Assembly: GCA_963674865.2 (NCBI GenBank) | Contig: CAXXYE010000009.1 | Location: 672,001 to 736,000, forward strand | DNA length: 64,000 bases | Origin: Candidatus Hydrogenedentota bacterium | GTDB lineage: Bacteria; Hydrogenedentota; Hydrogenedentia; Hydrogenedentales; SLHB01 | Direction: 5' to 3' | Part shown: piece after piece, positions 38,819 to 47,953 of the stretch | How positions within the stretch are numbered: position 1 is the first letter of the stretch | Layout: each line of letters begins with the position of its first letter | Notes under the pieces: generated by a model | Databases searched by the model: none | What the model saw: the letters and a program-made list of their open reading frames with translations, nothing else | What the model was told of the DNA's origin: nothing | Program-made: the position numbers and the translations under genes

Positions 38819-40515
38819 AGCCGATCCTGAGATACGCCGCCTTCATCGGGGAGGAATTTCCCCTAGCTCTGCTGGAAGAGGTCCTTGCTGTCGCGAAAGA
38901 ATCAACCGATGTAGAGGCGCTAAATGACGCTCTTCTGGCCTTTGAGGGCGCCGATCTGCTTCAGACTCGCGCCGAGGGTTCCAGACTGCTCATTCGTTTC
39001 ACCCACAATCTCATCTACAACGCCCTCACCGAGCACATGATACGCCGCCTCGGGGGGCCTTTGCGCACCGCAAGAGCGCACGGGATGGTGGCCCAAGCCA
39101 AGGAACACTATTACAAAGAAGACATCGAGTCAGTGGCCTTTGAACTCTCCGAGCATTACGCCAAAGCGCGGAATGCCGAGAAGGCGCTGGCATACGCGGC
39201 CCTATCGGGGTGGGTGGCGGTTAGTGCTCGCTGCTATCCCGAAGCGGTGCGAGTGTTCTCGAGGGCCGCCACTCTCCGCCAAGCCGATGCGGACGCCCTG
39301 GCACTCGAGATAGCGAACCTGAATGCGGATAGCCCCCGGGATTTCACAGAGGGCTTCAGGATGGTCTTGGCCAAGTGTCTTATGGGAACGCTCAACGCGA
39401 AGAGCGCTTCATGCGATCTGTTGGATGTCGTTCTCAAGGATCTGGCCAGCACCCATGGCCCCAAAGGGCTTGCATTAGCATCAAAGCCAAGCGATATCTG
39501 CATCGATTTCTTCAATTACCTACTTCAAGACGAACCGCGGGATGTTTATTGGCGGTGCATCAAGACACTCGTCCTTTTCGCGGCAGAGCTCGGACGAGAT
39601 AATGAAGACGTGTTGAGGCGTGCCCGTCTCCTCGACTTCCTGGGATTTATCGCAGAAACAACGCAGCGCTTGACCCGTACAGACAGAAACGCTGCTGCGT
39701 ATGCCGGCAAGGCTGCGGACTTGTACAGCGAGTATCTGTCGCGCGCTGCGGTTGAGCCGCGTGAAACTCTCCCGATTATTGAGCCGGCATCCTGGTGCTA
39801 TTACCGGGCCAGACGCCATGTGGAAGCGGAATCGTTTCTACGTAGGGAGTTGGAAGTACTTACAGAACTTGAGGTGGAATCCGAGGACGTTCTGGCCGCA
39901 ATGAAGGCGGCCGCGTACCACATGCTTGGGCTCAATGCACTTGCCCATGCAGACGCCAGCGGCGGCGAGTATCGCCATGTGCTTTCTGAGGCGGCGGAGC
40001 ATTTCCTGACGGCGGGCGAGGAAATGCGGCGCTTGAATACACGCAGTTGGTTTGCTCGATGGATGGAGGCACTTGCTGAAGACATACAGAAACAGAGGCC
40101 CTGCCGCGTTGAAATGCCCGTGCTCCGAGAACCTGGGGACGTCTTGCTGATACACAATCATCATGACGCAGCGGCGGCGGACCTTGTCCGCAACATTCTG
40201 GAAGAGAGGGGCTTCTATTGTGTTTCGAGCGGGCCTGACAGAGCTTGGGATCCCTTACTTCTTGAGCGAGAGTATCAGGCGGTAGTTCTTTTCGGATCGC
40301 ATATGGCGCCTGGAATGGAGGGCTTTTCGTATCTCTTCCGCGGCGAGAAAGACACTTGGCACCTGGACGGACACCTCGGCGAGTGCACCAACTTCGGCTC
40401 GTGGTGGCAACGAGGGCCATTCCACAAGGGCGCGAATTGGTTTCTCGCTGCCGGCACCACGCGAAATGATACCATTCTTGCGGCAGCCAAGCTTGCGAGA
40501 GAATGGCCTCTATGA
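38761..40515 (+). CDS. C-terminal part of the TIR-STAND protein: winged helix, TPR-like helices and a small alpha/beta domain
   Basis: ILRYAAFIGEEF, RFTHNLIYNAL and ELSEHY are typical post-ATPase STAND motifs; they continue the upstream ORF in the -1 frame. Confidence 0.8.
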   Translation, partial: LAGMVEERIESLLLEHPEVEPILRYAAFIGEEFPLALLEEVLAVAKESTDVEALNDALLAFEGADLLQTRAEGSRLLIRFTHNLIYNALTEHMIRRLGGPLRTARAHGMVAQAKEHYYKEDIESVAFELSEHYAKARNAEKALAYAALSGWVAVSARCYPEAVRVFSRAATLRQADADALALEIANLNADSPRDFTEGFRMVLAKCLMGTLNAKSASCDLLDVVLKDLASTHGPKGLALASKPSDICIDFFNYLLQDEPRDVYWRCIKTLVLFAAELGRDNEDVLRRARLLDFLGFIAETTQRLTRTDRNAAAYAGKAADLYSEYLSRAAVEPRETLPIIEPASWCYYRARRHVEAESFLRRELEVLTELEVESEDVLAAMKAAAYHMLGLNALAHADASGGEYRHVLSEAAEHFLTAGEEMRRLNTRSWFARWMEALAEDIQKQRPCRVEMPVLREPGDVLLIHNHHDAAAADLVRNILEERGFYCVSSGPDRAWDPLLLEREYQAVVLFGSHMAPGMEGFSYLFRGEKDTWHLDGHLGECTNFGSWWQRGPFHKGANWFLAAGTTRNDTILAAAKLAREWPL

Positions 40516-40694
40516 TTCACTGCTGCCATGAGATCGCGCGGAGTTCTCCTTGTTTTTTGGCTCACGATATGAACGCCACACGAGAGTTTGCAGAGCAACA
40601 ACGCCATAGGTGTTGATTTGCCTATGTTTCGGTGAAGAGGAAGCGGCATTCCACGCCTAACTTCGTAGGAAACAAAACTGTGGGGGCATCGCAG

Positions 40695-42467
40695 ATGAAG
40701 GGCCCAAGCACTGCACCGCGACTGGCCATATTAATGCTATGTAAGATCTGGAAGGAACACCGGCGTTGGGCTTTTCTCTTCGCCTCATGGTTTGCGACAG
40801 TACTCATCGGCATCTTCGGCTTCTATCAGTATTTCATCCAGAACGGCGGGACTTCGCCGCGCTTCCTGTCGCTGCTGTATTTCTCGTTGCAGTTGTTCAC
40901 CTTGGAGTCCGGAGGACTTGAGGACAGCGTCCCGCTCACATTGCAGGTTGCGCGCTTCGTCGCTCCCGCCATTCCGCTCTGGGCCATCGTAGAGGTCTTT
41001 CTCGGGGTGTTCCGGAACGATCTGCGGGCTCTTCGCTTGCGGCTGCTTCGCGGCCATATCATTGTATGTGGTGACACGCGGGAGGCGGGGGCATTGCTGG
41101 AAAATGCCTGCGCAGACGGCGCGAACGTCGTTTCACTGTCGACGACGGGGAAGGCCGGCGGCTCCTTGACGGAACAGTGCGATAACGCCTGGCACGTTGT
41201 GGGCGATCCCGAAAGCCTAAGCGCCTTGCAGGAAGCGGGAGTGGCCTTTTCGAATGAGGTCTATATCCTGGGCGACAAAGATGACGCGAACATCCGCACG
41301 GCCCTCAGGATCGACGAGCTACGCGCCACCATGGCCCGGCATCCGATGCTTGCTTCTCGCATTGTCTTGCAGGTGCAAGACCTGGCCTTGCTTGAGATGG
41401 TAACGCACAACCGGGTCCTGGGCAGACAAGGCGGCACACGAGCTTGGCACGTGACGAACCTACACCAGACTGCGGCCCGTCAGCTCTTTCTAAACAATCC
41501 TCTTGACTACGAGCCTATCGGCGCCGAGGATCCTCGACGCGTCCACCTTATCCTCGTTGGTTTTGATGCCGTAGGTAGGCACGTAGCGATCCAGGCAGCC
41601 AAGGTGGGCCATTTTGCCAATGGGAAAAAGCTGCGCATCACCGTCCTTGACCTGGACGCGGCCCGCAAGACCGCGGAGTTCCTTGCGGAGCACGATGCCA
41701 TCTCCCAAGTCTGCGACTTCGAAGTCTTTGAGGAAAGTCCCGCGTTCACTCGGGAGCTTGAGCGCATACGCGAGTGGACACGGGACCCCTCAACGCTGTC
41801 GTCACTTGTCGTTGCCCTGGAGGACGATTGGGATTGTGTCAAGTGCGCCATTCGCAACATTCTCAACATCAGCGATCTTCGCTCGCCTGTTTACGTCCGC
41901 CTCCAGCACCGGACGCAACTGGCGCGCCTTGTCACGGAGTGCCGGCAGGACAAGGAGCTTAGGCCAACGGTGCTGCCATTCGGATCTCTCCGAGCAATAT
42001 GCACTCGTGAGGCCATCCTTGACGAGCCCATGGATCGCCTCGCAAAGATGATCCACCAGGCCTATGTCCGGGAACGCCGCAAAGAAGACATCTCTCCCGA
42101 GGACCCCTCGCTTCAGAGCTGGGATCAACTGCATCCGAGCAAGCAGGAGGCCAATAGGCAACAGGCCGACCACCTCGGCGTCAAACTCCGCGCCGTCGGA
42201 CGCATGGAAGGCACGGCGCTGCCCCAGGCCATCGCTCCCTTCACCGATGAGGAAATCAACGTCCTCGCCAAAATGGAACACCGCCGATGGGTGGCCGAGC
42301 GCATCTTGAGCGGCTGGCGCTATGACGAGCAGAAGAACGAGAACCGCAAACTGTCGCCCCATCTCGTCGAGTGGGAAGACCTCGATGACGCTATCCGTGA
42401 GTACGATCGGGACGCGGTGCGCGAGATACCTGGACTTCTGAAGAAACTCAGCGCACTGCACGCCTGA
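40695..42467 (+). CDS. 2TM ion-channel-like domain, two RCK/TrkA-N domains and a RyR domain (start uncertain)
   Basis: TM1, pore-helix-like LYFSLQLFTLESG, TM2; HIIVCG and HLILVGFDAVG Rossmann starts; RyR motifs LAKMIHQAY..WDQL and LAKMEHRRWVAERILSGWRY...HLVEWEDL. Confidence 0.88.
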   Translation: MKGPSTAPRLAILMLCKIWKEHRRWAFLFASWFATVLIGIFGFYQYFIQNGGTSPRFLSLLYFSLQLFTLESGGLEDSVPLTLQVARFVAPAIPLWAIVEVFLGVFRNDLRALRLRLLRGHIIVCGDTREAGALLENACADGANVVSLSTTGKAGGSLTEQCDNAWHVVGDPESLSALQEAGVAFSNEVYILGDKDDANIRTALRIDELRATMARHPMLASRIVLQVQDLALLEMVTHNRVLGRQGGTRAWHVTNLHQTAARQLFLNNPLDYEPIGAEDPRRVHLILVGFDAVGRHVAIQAAKVGHFANGKKLRITVLDLDAARKTAEFLAEHDAISQVCDFEVFEESPAFTRELERIREWTRDPSTLSSLVVALEDDWDCVKCAIRNILNISDLRSPVYVRLQHRTQLARLVTECRQDKELRPTVLPFGSLRAICTREAILDEPMDRLAKMIHQAYVRERRKEDISPEDPSLQSWDQLHPSKQEANRQQADHLGVKLRAVGRMEGTALPQAIAPFTDEEINVLAKMEHRRWVAERILSGWRYDEQKNENRKLSPHLVEWEDLDDAIREYDRDAVREIPGLLKKLSALHA

Positions 42468-42632
42468 GCTGACGAGATAGATGAAAAAGAGTACGGCTCA
42501 GTACGATTTCTTTGTCTCTTATGCGGTGGCCGATAATTATCCTGCGACGACAGGACGGCCAGGTTAAGCCACGGTTTCGTGGCGCCGCTTATTGAGGAAC
42601 ACCAGATAACCTCATTATAGGAGAAAGGCAAC

Positions 42633-43268
42633 ATGCTCCCTGGCCCCACGATCATCCGCGAATGCCCTGAATGCGGCCAGCCTATCAAGCAATGGACGCT
42701 GCTGTCGGGGAACGCGTTCGGGGCGAGATTCTGGACGGATGGAAAGCCGGATGCGCCGATGCTGCCGGCCTATCCGCGGTTGGTGAAATGCCCGCAATGC
42801 AAACAGCCTTTCTGGCTCGATGAGGCAGCGGAAGTCGGTGTCATCGAGGAATATGGCCGCGACGCCGATGATTTTGACGGCGCCCTGGCATACGACACTT
42901 TGACAAAGGCTGATTATCTGACCTTCCTGAAAATGACGTATTTGCCCGCCGAAAAGGAGCGTTACGTGCGGCAAATGGCGTGGTGGTGCGGCAATGATCC
43001 ATTTCGTGAAGGAGGTTCAAGAGAGAGGGAGCGCTTCTCGCCGAACGAGGAGGCGAACTTGGCGGCTCTGTCTGAACTCCTCGACGAGGGGGATCCAAAC
43101 CAACGGCTCATGAAAGCCGAGATCGCCCGGGAACGCGGCAAGTTTGACGACGCGCTACAACTACTACAAGCTCATTTCAGTGAAGAACTCGCAACAGTGG
43201 CGGACGCCATCCGCAGACTATGCATCTCCAAGTCCTCGCGTGTGGCCGAGATACATTTTGGTGAATAG
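42633..43268 (+). CDS. Hypothetical protein with two CxxC motifs (zinc ribbon) and a C-terminal TPR-like hairpin
   Basis: RBS AGGAG/AAGG; CPEC, SGNAFGARFWTDG, CPQC and KAEIARERGKFDDA. Confidence 0.8.
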   Translation: MLPGPTIIRECPECGQPIKQWTLLSGNAFGARFWTDGKPDAPMLPAYPRLVKCPQCKQPFWLDEAAEVGVIEEYGRDADDFDGALAYDTLTKADYLTFLKMTYLPAEKERYVRQMAWWCGNDPFREGGSRERERFSPNEEANLAALSELLDEGDPNQRLMKAEIARERGKFDDALQLLQAHFSEELATVADAIRRLCISKSSRVAEIHFGE

Positions 43269-43402
43269 CGGCGCCTAGGGGGGGTATTTCTCATCTGTAG
43301 CAAGCCGGCTTCGACGTCGGGGCGCCGAGGAGGACGCTTCACGACAGAGGCCGCGAAAACCAGGCGGCATATAGGCAGAAGAGCACGGGAGTTCTATTCG
43401 CG

Positions 43403-46400
43403 ATGAACCAGACGAAGTCCGAAAGGCCCGCCCGAGCGCCCAGCGACCGCGCCATCCGCGTGTTTGTGTCGTCAACCTTCCGCGATATGCAGGAGGAGCG
43501 CGACTACCTCGTGAAACATGTCTTTCCGCGTCTGCGCCGCCTGTGTGAAGAACGCTTTGTAACGTGGAGCGAGGTGGACTTGCGTTGGGGCGTCACTGAA
43601 GAGGCGGCGGCGGAAGGCAAGGTCCTGCCCATCTGCCTGGCGGAGATCCACAATTGCCGGCCCTACTTCATCGGACTCCTTGGCGAACGCTACGGCTGGG
43701 TGCCCGAGGAGATCTCTGAGGAGCTGATCGAGCAGGAACCTTGGCTGGCGGAGCACCGGGAACGCTCGGTTACGGAACTCGAAATCCTCCACGGTGTGTT
43801 GAACAATCCGGCCATGGCGGGCCACGCGTATTTCTACTTCCGCGCTCCGGCCTATGTCGAGCACCTGCCGGAGGGCTTGCGCGCCGAACACGCCGAGGCC
43901 GCAAGCGAGTCCGAAGTCCGGCGCTTCGGTGCGGAGGAAGCTGAACGGCGCCTCAAGGATAGGCGCGAGAAGCTCCGGGCGCTCAAGGAGCGAATTCGCC
44001 GAGAATCAGCCGCGCGCAACATGCCTTTGCATGAGGACTATCCGAATCCCGAGGCGCTCGGTGAACTTATCTTCCAGGATTTCCAGCGCCTCATTGACGA
44101 TCTCTTCCCCGAGAAAGAAGTACCGGACGCCCTGGAGCGTGAAGCGGCCGATCACGAGGCCTTTGCCCGCAGTCGTGCCGGCGTGTACATCGGCCGCTCC
44201 GAATACTTCGACTTCCTCGACGCCCACGCCGGCGCGGCCGAAGGCCCGCCCTTGGTGGTGCTCGGGGAATCAGGCGGCGGGAAGTCGGCGCTCCTGTCCA
44301 ATTGGGCGTTTCGCTGGCGCAGCACCCACCCGCGCGACCTCGTGCTGATGCACTTCATCGGCTCTTCGCCGGCCAGCGCAGACTGGGCCGCCATGCTGCG
44401 CCGCATCCTGGGCGAATTCAACCGCCGGCTGGATCTGGGAGTCGAGATTCCCGACGAGCCGGAAGACCTACGTGCAGCTTTCACCAACGCCCTGCACATG
44501 GCGTCGGCGCAGTGCCACGGCAAAGGCTTCGAGCGTGTCGTATTGATCCTCGACGGGCTGAATCAACTGGAGGACCGCGATCAGGCGCCCGATTTGGCCT
44601 GGTTGCCGCCCGTCATTCCGGAAAACGTGCGGATGCTTCTGTCGACCTTGCCCGGGCGCCCTCTCGAGGAGCTAACGCGGCGCCAATGGCCCACGATGCG
44701 CGTGGAGCCGCTCAGGGACACGGAGCGTAAGCGCTTCATTCGGGACTACTTGAGGCAATACACCAAGGAACTGAGCGCAGCGCGCGTGGAGCACATCGCC
44801 GCCGATGCCGAGGCGGAGAATCCGCTGTATCTGCGCGCACTACTCGAGGAACTCCGCGTCTTCGGCGTGCATGAAGCGCTTGACGAACGCATCAACTGGT
44901 ATCTCGAAACGGACAGCGTGCCCGAGCTGTATGCTCGCATTCTGCAGCGCTGGGAAGAGGACTACAATCCGCCGGAACGCAATCTTGTACGAGAGGCCAT
45001 GGAGAAACTCTGGGCGGCGCGCCGCGGCCTGAGCGAAGCGGAGTTGCTTGAGCTTCTCGGCAAGGACGGCGAGCCCCTGCCCGCGGCCCAATGGGCGCCG
45101 CTCTATCTCGCGGCGCGGGAATCCCTCGTCGAGCGCTCAGGCCTCATCGGTTTCTTCCATGACTACCTCCGCGAGGCCGTCCACATGCGGTACCTAGCCG
45201 AGGGAAAGGCGCAAGCTACCGCGCACCGGCGCCTTGCGGCGTACTTCGCCAAACAAGAGATCGCCCCGAGGCGTATCGACGAGGAGCCATGGCAATGGAT
45301 GCAGGCTCAGGAGTGGGACGCGTTGTACAACCTTCTGGCCGACCTGCCGTTCTTCGCCGCCGCTTTGCATTTCGACAAGCAGGAGGTCCTGCTCTACTGG
45401 GCCGCTGTGGAATCCAATACGTCCAAGAGTAAAGCCGAGGCCTATCGAGTCGTCATCGAGTCGCCTGACAAATACGAAAGCTTGGCTACTAACGTCGCGT
45501 TCTTGTTGAGAGACACAGGCCTCCTCCGTGAAGCAAAGCAATTACACGAGAATCAGATCCGCTTCTATCGCGGGCAGGGTGATATGAAAAAGCTGCAGAT
45601 TGCCTTGGGCAACGAGGCAATCCTCCTCTATAGCCTGGGCGACCTGGATCGCGCCATGGCAATACACAAGGCGGGGGAAGGCTTCTGGCGTGAGCGGAAT
45701 GCCGACGACTTCCTGGCAATCTCTGTAGGCAGTCAAGCCAATATCCTTAAGGCCCGCGGCGACCTTGATGGTGCTTTGGCTCTTAATAAGGAGACGGAGC
45801 GCATCTTCCGCAGACTCGGCCTGAACAAAGGCCTATCGACATGCCTGGACAACCAGGGAAGAATCCTTCGGCTTCGTGGCGACCTTGACGGTGCCTTGGC
45901 TGTCCACCAGGAGGAGGAACGCATATGCCGCAAACTTGGCCTAAGGGATGGCCTGCAGTATTCCCTGGGATGCCAAGCGAACATTCTTTGTGAGCGCGGC
46001 GACCTCGATGGCGCCCTGGCCTTGCACAAAGATAGGGAGCGCATATGCCGAGAACTTGGCCTCAAGGAACACCTTCAGGAGTGCCTGGGAGACCAGGGAA
46101 GCATCTTCTACGCGCGCGGCGATCTTGATGGTGCTATGACTCTCTACGAGGAGGAAGAGCGTATATGCCGTGAACTTGGACTTCAGGACGACCTGCTTCT
46201 CTCCTTGAGCAAGCAATCGCAGGTTCTCTTCGACAGCGGCGATTCCGATGGCGCCTTTGCCTTGGAGAAAGATAGGGAGCGCATATGCCGAGAGTTCGGC
46301 CTCAAGGACAGGCTCGCCAATTCCCTGGGAATCCAAGCTGCCCACTTCTTTGAGCGTGACGATCTCAACGGTGCCATGACTCTCTACAAGGAGGAGGAGC

Positions 46401-47938
46401 ATCTATGCCGCGAACTTGACCTCAAGGATCGCCTCCAGCGTTGCTTGAGCCGTCAGGTGTTGATTCTCTACCGCGGCGGCGATCTTGACGGCGCCTTGGC
46501 CTTGCACAAAGATAGGGAGCATGTTTGCCGCGAACTCGGCCCCAGTGATAGTCTGGCTGATTGCTTAGGCTTTCGAGCTGCCTACCTCTTTGAGCGCGAC
46601 GACCTCGACGGTGCTATGACTCTTTACAAGGAGGAAGAGCAGCTGTGCCGTGAACTCAATCTCGAGAAGCGCCTCCAGCGTTGCTTGGTCGATCAGGCGC
46701 GAGTTCTGCATGAGCGAGGCGACCTTGAGGGGGCCATACTTCTACTCAGAGAAGCGGAGAGAATATGCCGCCGAATTGGCTCGAAGGACGAACTGTGTCT
46801 TTCGTTACAGCAGCAGGCCCTGACGCTTAAGGCGATGGGTGACCTCCAGGGCGCGCTTGCCAAGTACAGGGAAGAAGAACTGCTTTGCCAAGAGCTGGGC
46901 GAAGCGGACAAACTAAGGCAGTGTCTGTCTAATCAGGTCGCGTGTCTTGAGGAGCTCAATCGTTCTGAGCAAGCCTTGAAGGTGTCTGCGCGCGCCGTGG
47001 ATGTCAGCCGTTCCTTGGATGACAAGAACGCGCTGGCACTGGCACTGAGAAAACAAGGGGAGCTGCTGCGCCAGCTTGGACGTGGACAGGAGGCCGAGCC
47101 TTTGTTTGCTGAATGTCTTGAAATGGCCCGCATGTCGGATAATCCAGAAGCTCTCTGGCCTGCCTTGAGCGACTATGCCAACAGCCTGCTCGATTCAGGC
47201 AAATGGGAACAGTCCCTCGAAGTCAGTCGGGAGCAGGAGGTCGTATGCGCTGAACATGAGATTAGTGACGGCCTATGGCGGGCATGGAATGATGCAGCAG
47301 TTGCGCTGACGCGACTGGGCGAGTTCGATGAAGCGAAGGCCCTTCACGTTCGACAAGTGGCGCTCTGTGAGAAACTGGGGGATGCGGCAGGATGCAAGTT
47401 AGGCTACGAGAATCTCCTCTTATTGGCACAAACAACCGGAGACTTTCAGGAGCAAGTGCGCCAGCTTGGCAGGCTCGTTGAGCTGGCTCGTGCCTCGAAT
47501 GACAAGGCCGCGCTCGTTGGACGACTCAGTGATCTGAGCCGCCTCCTGCTCGGAAGCCAAACCGATCTGGAGCGCGCTGAGGACTTGATGCGCGAGCAGG
47601 AGCGTGTGGCGACGGAGATCGGTGACGAGCGGGCGCGGCTGATCGCCATCAACAATCGGGGCGAGGTCCTTCGCGCGTGGGGCCGCTACGAAGAAGCGCT
47701 CAGGCTTCATGCGGACTTGGAGAAGCAGGCGCGCGAAGCGGATGAGCCGTACGCGCTGTTGTATACTTTGGCAAACCGGGCCGAAATCCTGCTGGATCAT
47801 TTCGGGCGGTATGAAGAGGCGCTCGCGCTCGCGGAAGAAGCGGATCGCATCTACCGGGAGCACCGGTTCACCGACTGCGAAGGGTGGACGGAAGAACTCC
47901 TTGAGAAGGCGCGGGCGGGCCTGAAGAAGAGCGAATAG
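43403..47938 (+). CDS. DUF4062-NACHT/STAND-TPR protein (NLR-like, TEP1/NPHP3-type architecture)
   Basis: RVFVSSTFRDMQEER, VDLRWG, FIGLLGERYG, SVTELE; Walker A GESGGGKS, Walker B LILDGLNQL, NPLYL, FFHDYLREAV; long TPR array. Confidence 0.93.
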   Translation: MNQTKSERPARAPSDRAIRVFVSSTFRDMQEERDYLVKHVFPRLRRLCEERFVTWSEVDLRWGVTEEAAAEGKVLPICLAEIHNCRPYFIGLLGERYGWVPEEISEELIEQEPWLAEHRERSVTELEILHGVLNNPAMAGHAYFYFRAPAYVEHLPEGLRAEHAEAASESEVRRFGAEEAERRLKDRREKLRALKERIRRESAARNMPLHEDYPNPEALGELIFQDFQRLIDDLFPEKEVPDALEREAADHEAFARSRAGVYIGRSEYFDFLDAHAGAAEGPPLVVLGESGGGKSALLSNWAFRWRSTHPRDLVLMHFIGSSPASADWAAMLRRILGEFNRRLDLGVEIPDEPEDLRAAFTNALHMASAQCHGKGFERVVLILDGLNQLEDRDQAPDLAWLPPVIPENVRMLLSTLPGRPLEELTRRQWPTMRVEPLRDTERKRFIRDYLRQYTKELSAARVEHIAADAEAENPLYLRALLEELRVFGVHEALDERINWYLETDSVPELYARILQRWEEDYNPPERNLVREAMEKLWAARRGLSEAELLELLGKDGEPLPAAQWAPLYLAARESLVERSGLIGFFHDYLREAVHMRYLAEGKAQATAHRRLAAYFAKQEIAPRRIDEEPWQWMQAQEWDALYNLLADLPFFAAALHFDKQEVLLYWAAVESNTSKSKAEAYRVVIESPDKYESLATNVAFLLRDTGLLREAKQLHENQIRFYRGQGDMKKLQIALGNEAILLYSLGDLDRAMAIHKAGEGFWRERNADDFLAISVGSQANILKARGDLDGALALNKETERIFRRLGLNKGLSTCLDNQGRILRLRGDLDGALAVHQEEERICRKLGLRDGLQYSLGCQANILCERGDLDGALALHKDRERICRELGLKEHLQECLGDQGSIFYARGDLDGAMTLYEEEERICRELGLQDDLLLSLSKQSQVLFDSGDSDGAFALEKDRERICREFGLKDRLANSLGIQAAHFFERDDLNGAMTLYKEEEHLCRELDLKDRLQRCLSRQVLILYRGGDLDGALALHKDREHVCRELGPSDSLADCLGFRAAYLFERDDLDGAMTLYKEEEQLCRELNLEKRLQRCLVDQARVLHERGDLEGAILLLREAERICRRIGSKDELCLSLQQQALTLKAMGDLQGALAKYREEELLCQELGEADKLRQCLSNQVACLEELNRSEQALKVSARAVDVSRSLDDKNALALALRKQGELLRQLGRGQEAEPLFAECLEMARMSDNPEALWPALSDYANSLLDSGKWEQSLEVSREQEVVCAEHEISDGLWRAWNDAAVALTRLGEFDEAKALHVRQVALCEKLGDAAGCKLGYENLLLLAQTTGDFQEQVRQLGRLVELARASNDKAALVGRLSDLSRLLLGSQTDLERAEDLMREQERVATEIGDERARLIAINNRGEVLRAWGRYEEALRLHADLEKQAREADEPYALLYTLANRAEILLDHFGRYEEALALAEEADRIYREHRFTDCEGWTEELLEKARAGLKKSE
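45638..46957 (+). repeat. Intragenic tandem array of 11 x 120-bp (40-aa TPR) units
   Basis: The G(G/A)N-GAY-CTN-GAY-GG motif (GDLDGA) recurs every 120 nt from 45638 to 46838. Confidence 0.9.
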
Positions 47939-47953
47939 GAGCAATCACAAGGT

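Noticed and set aside
42468..43402. attC sites around the small CxxC gene (cassette origin)
   Set aside because: No RYYYAAC...GTTRRRY pair with a foldable stem was found in either flank.
45638..46957. Regularly spaced repeats as a possible CRISPR array
   Set aside because: The period is 120 nt, in frame within a CDS, degenerate at third codon positions, with no unique spacers or cas genes.
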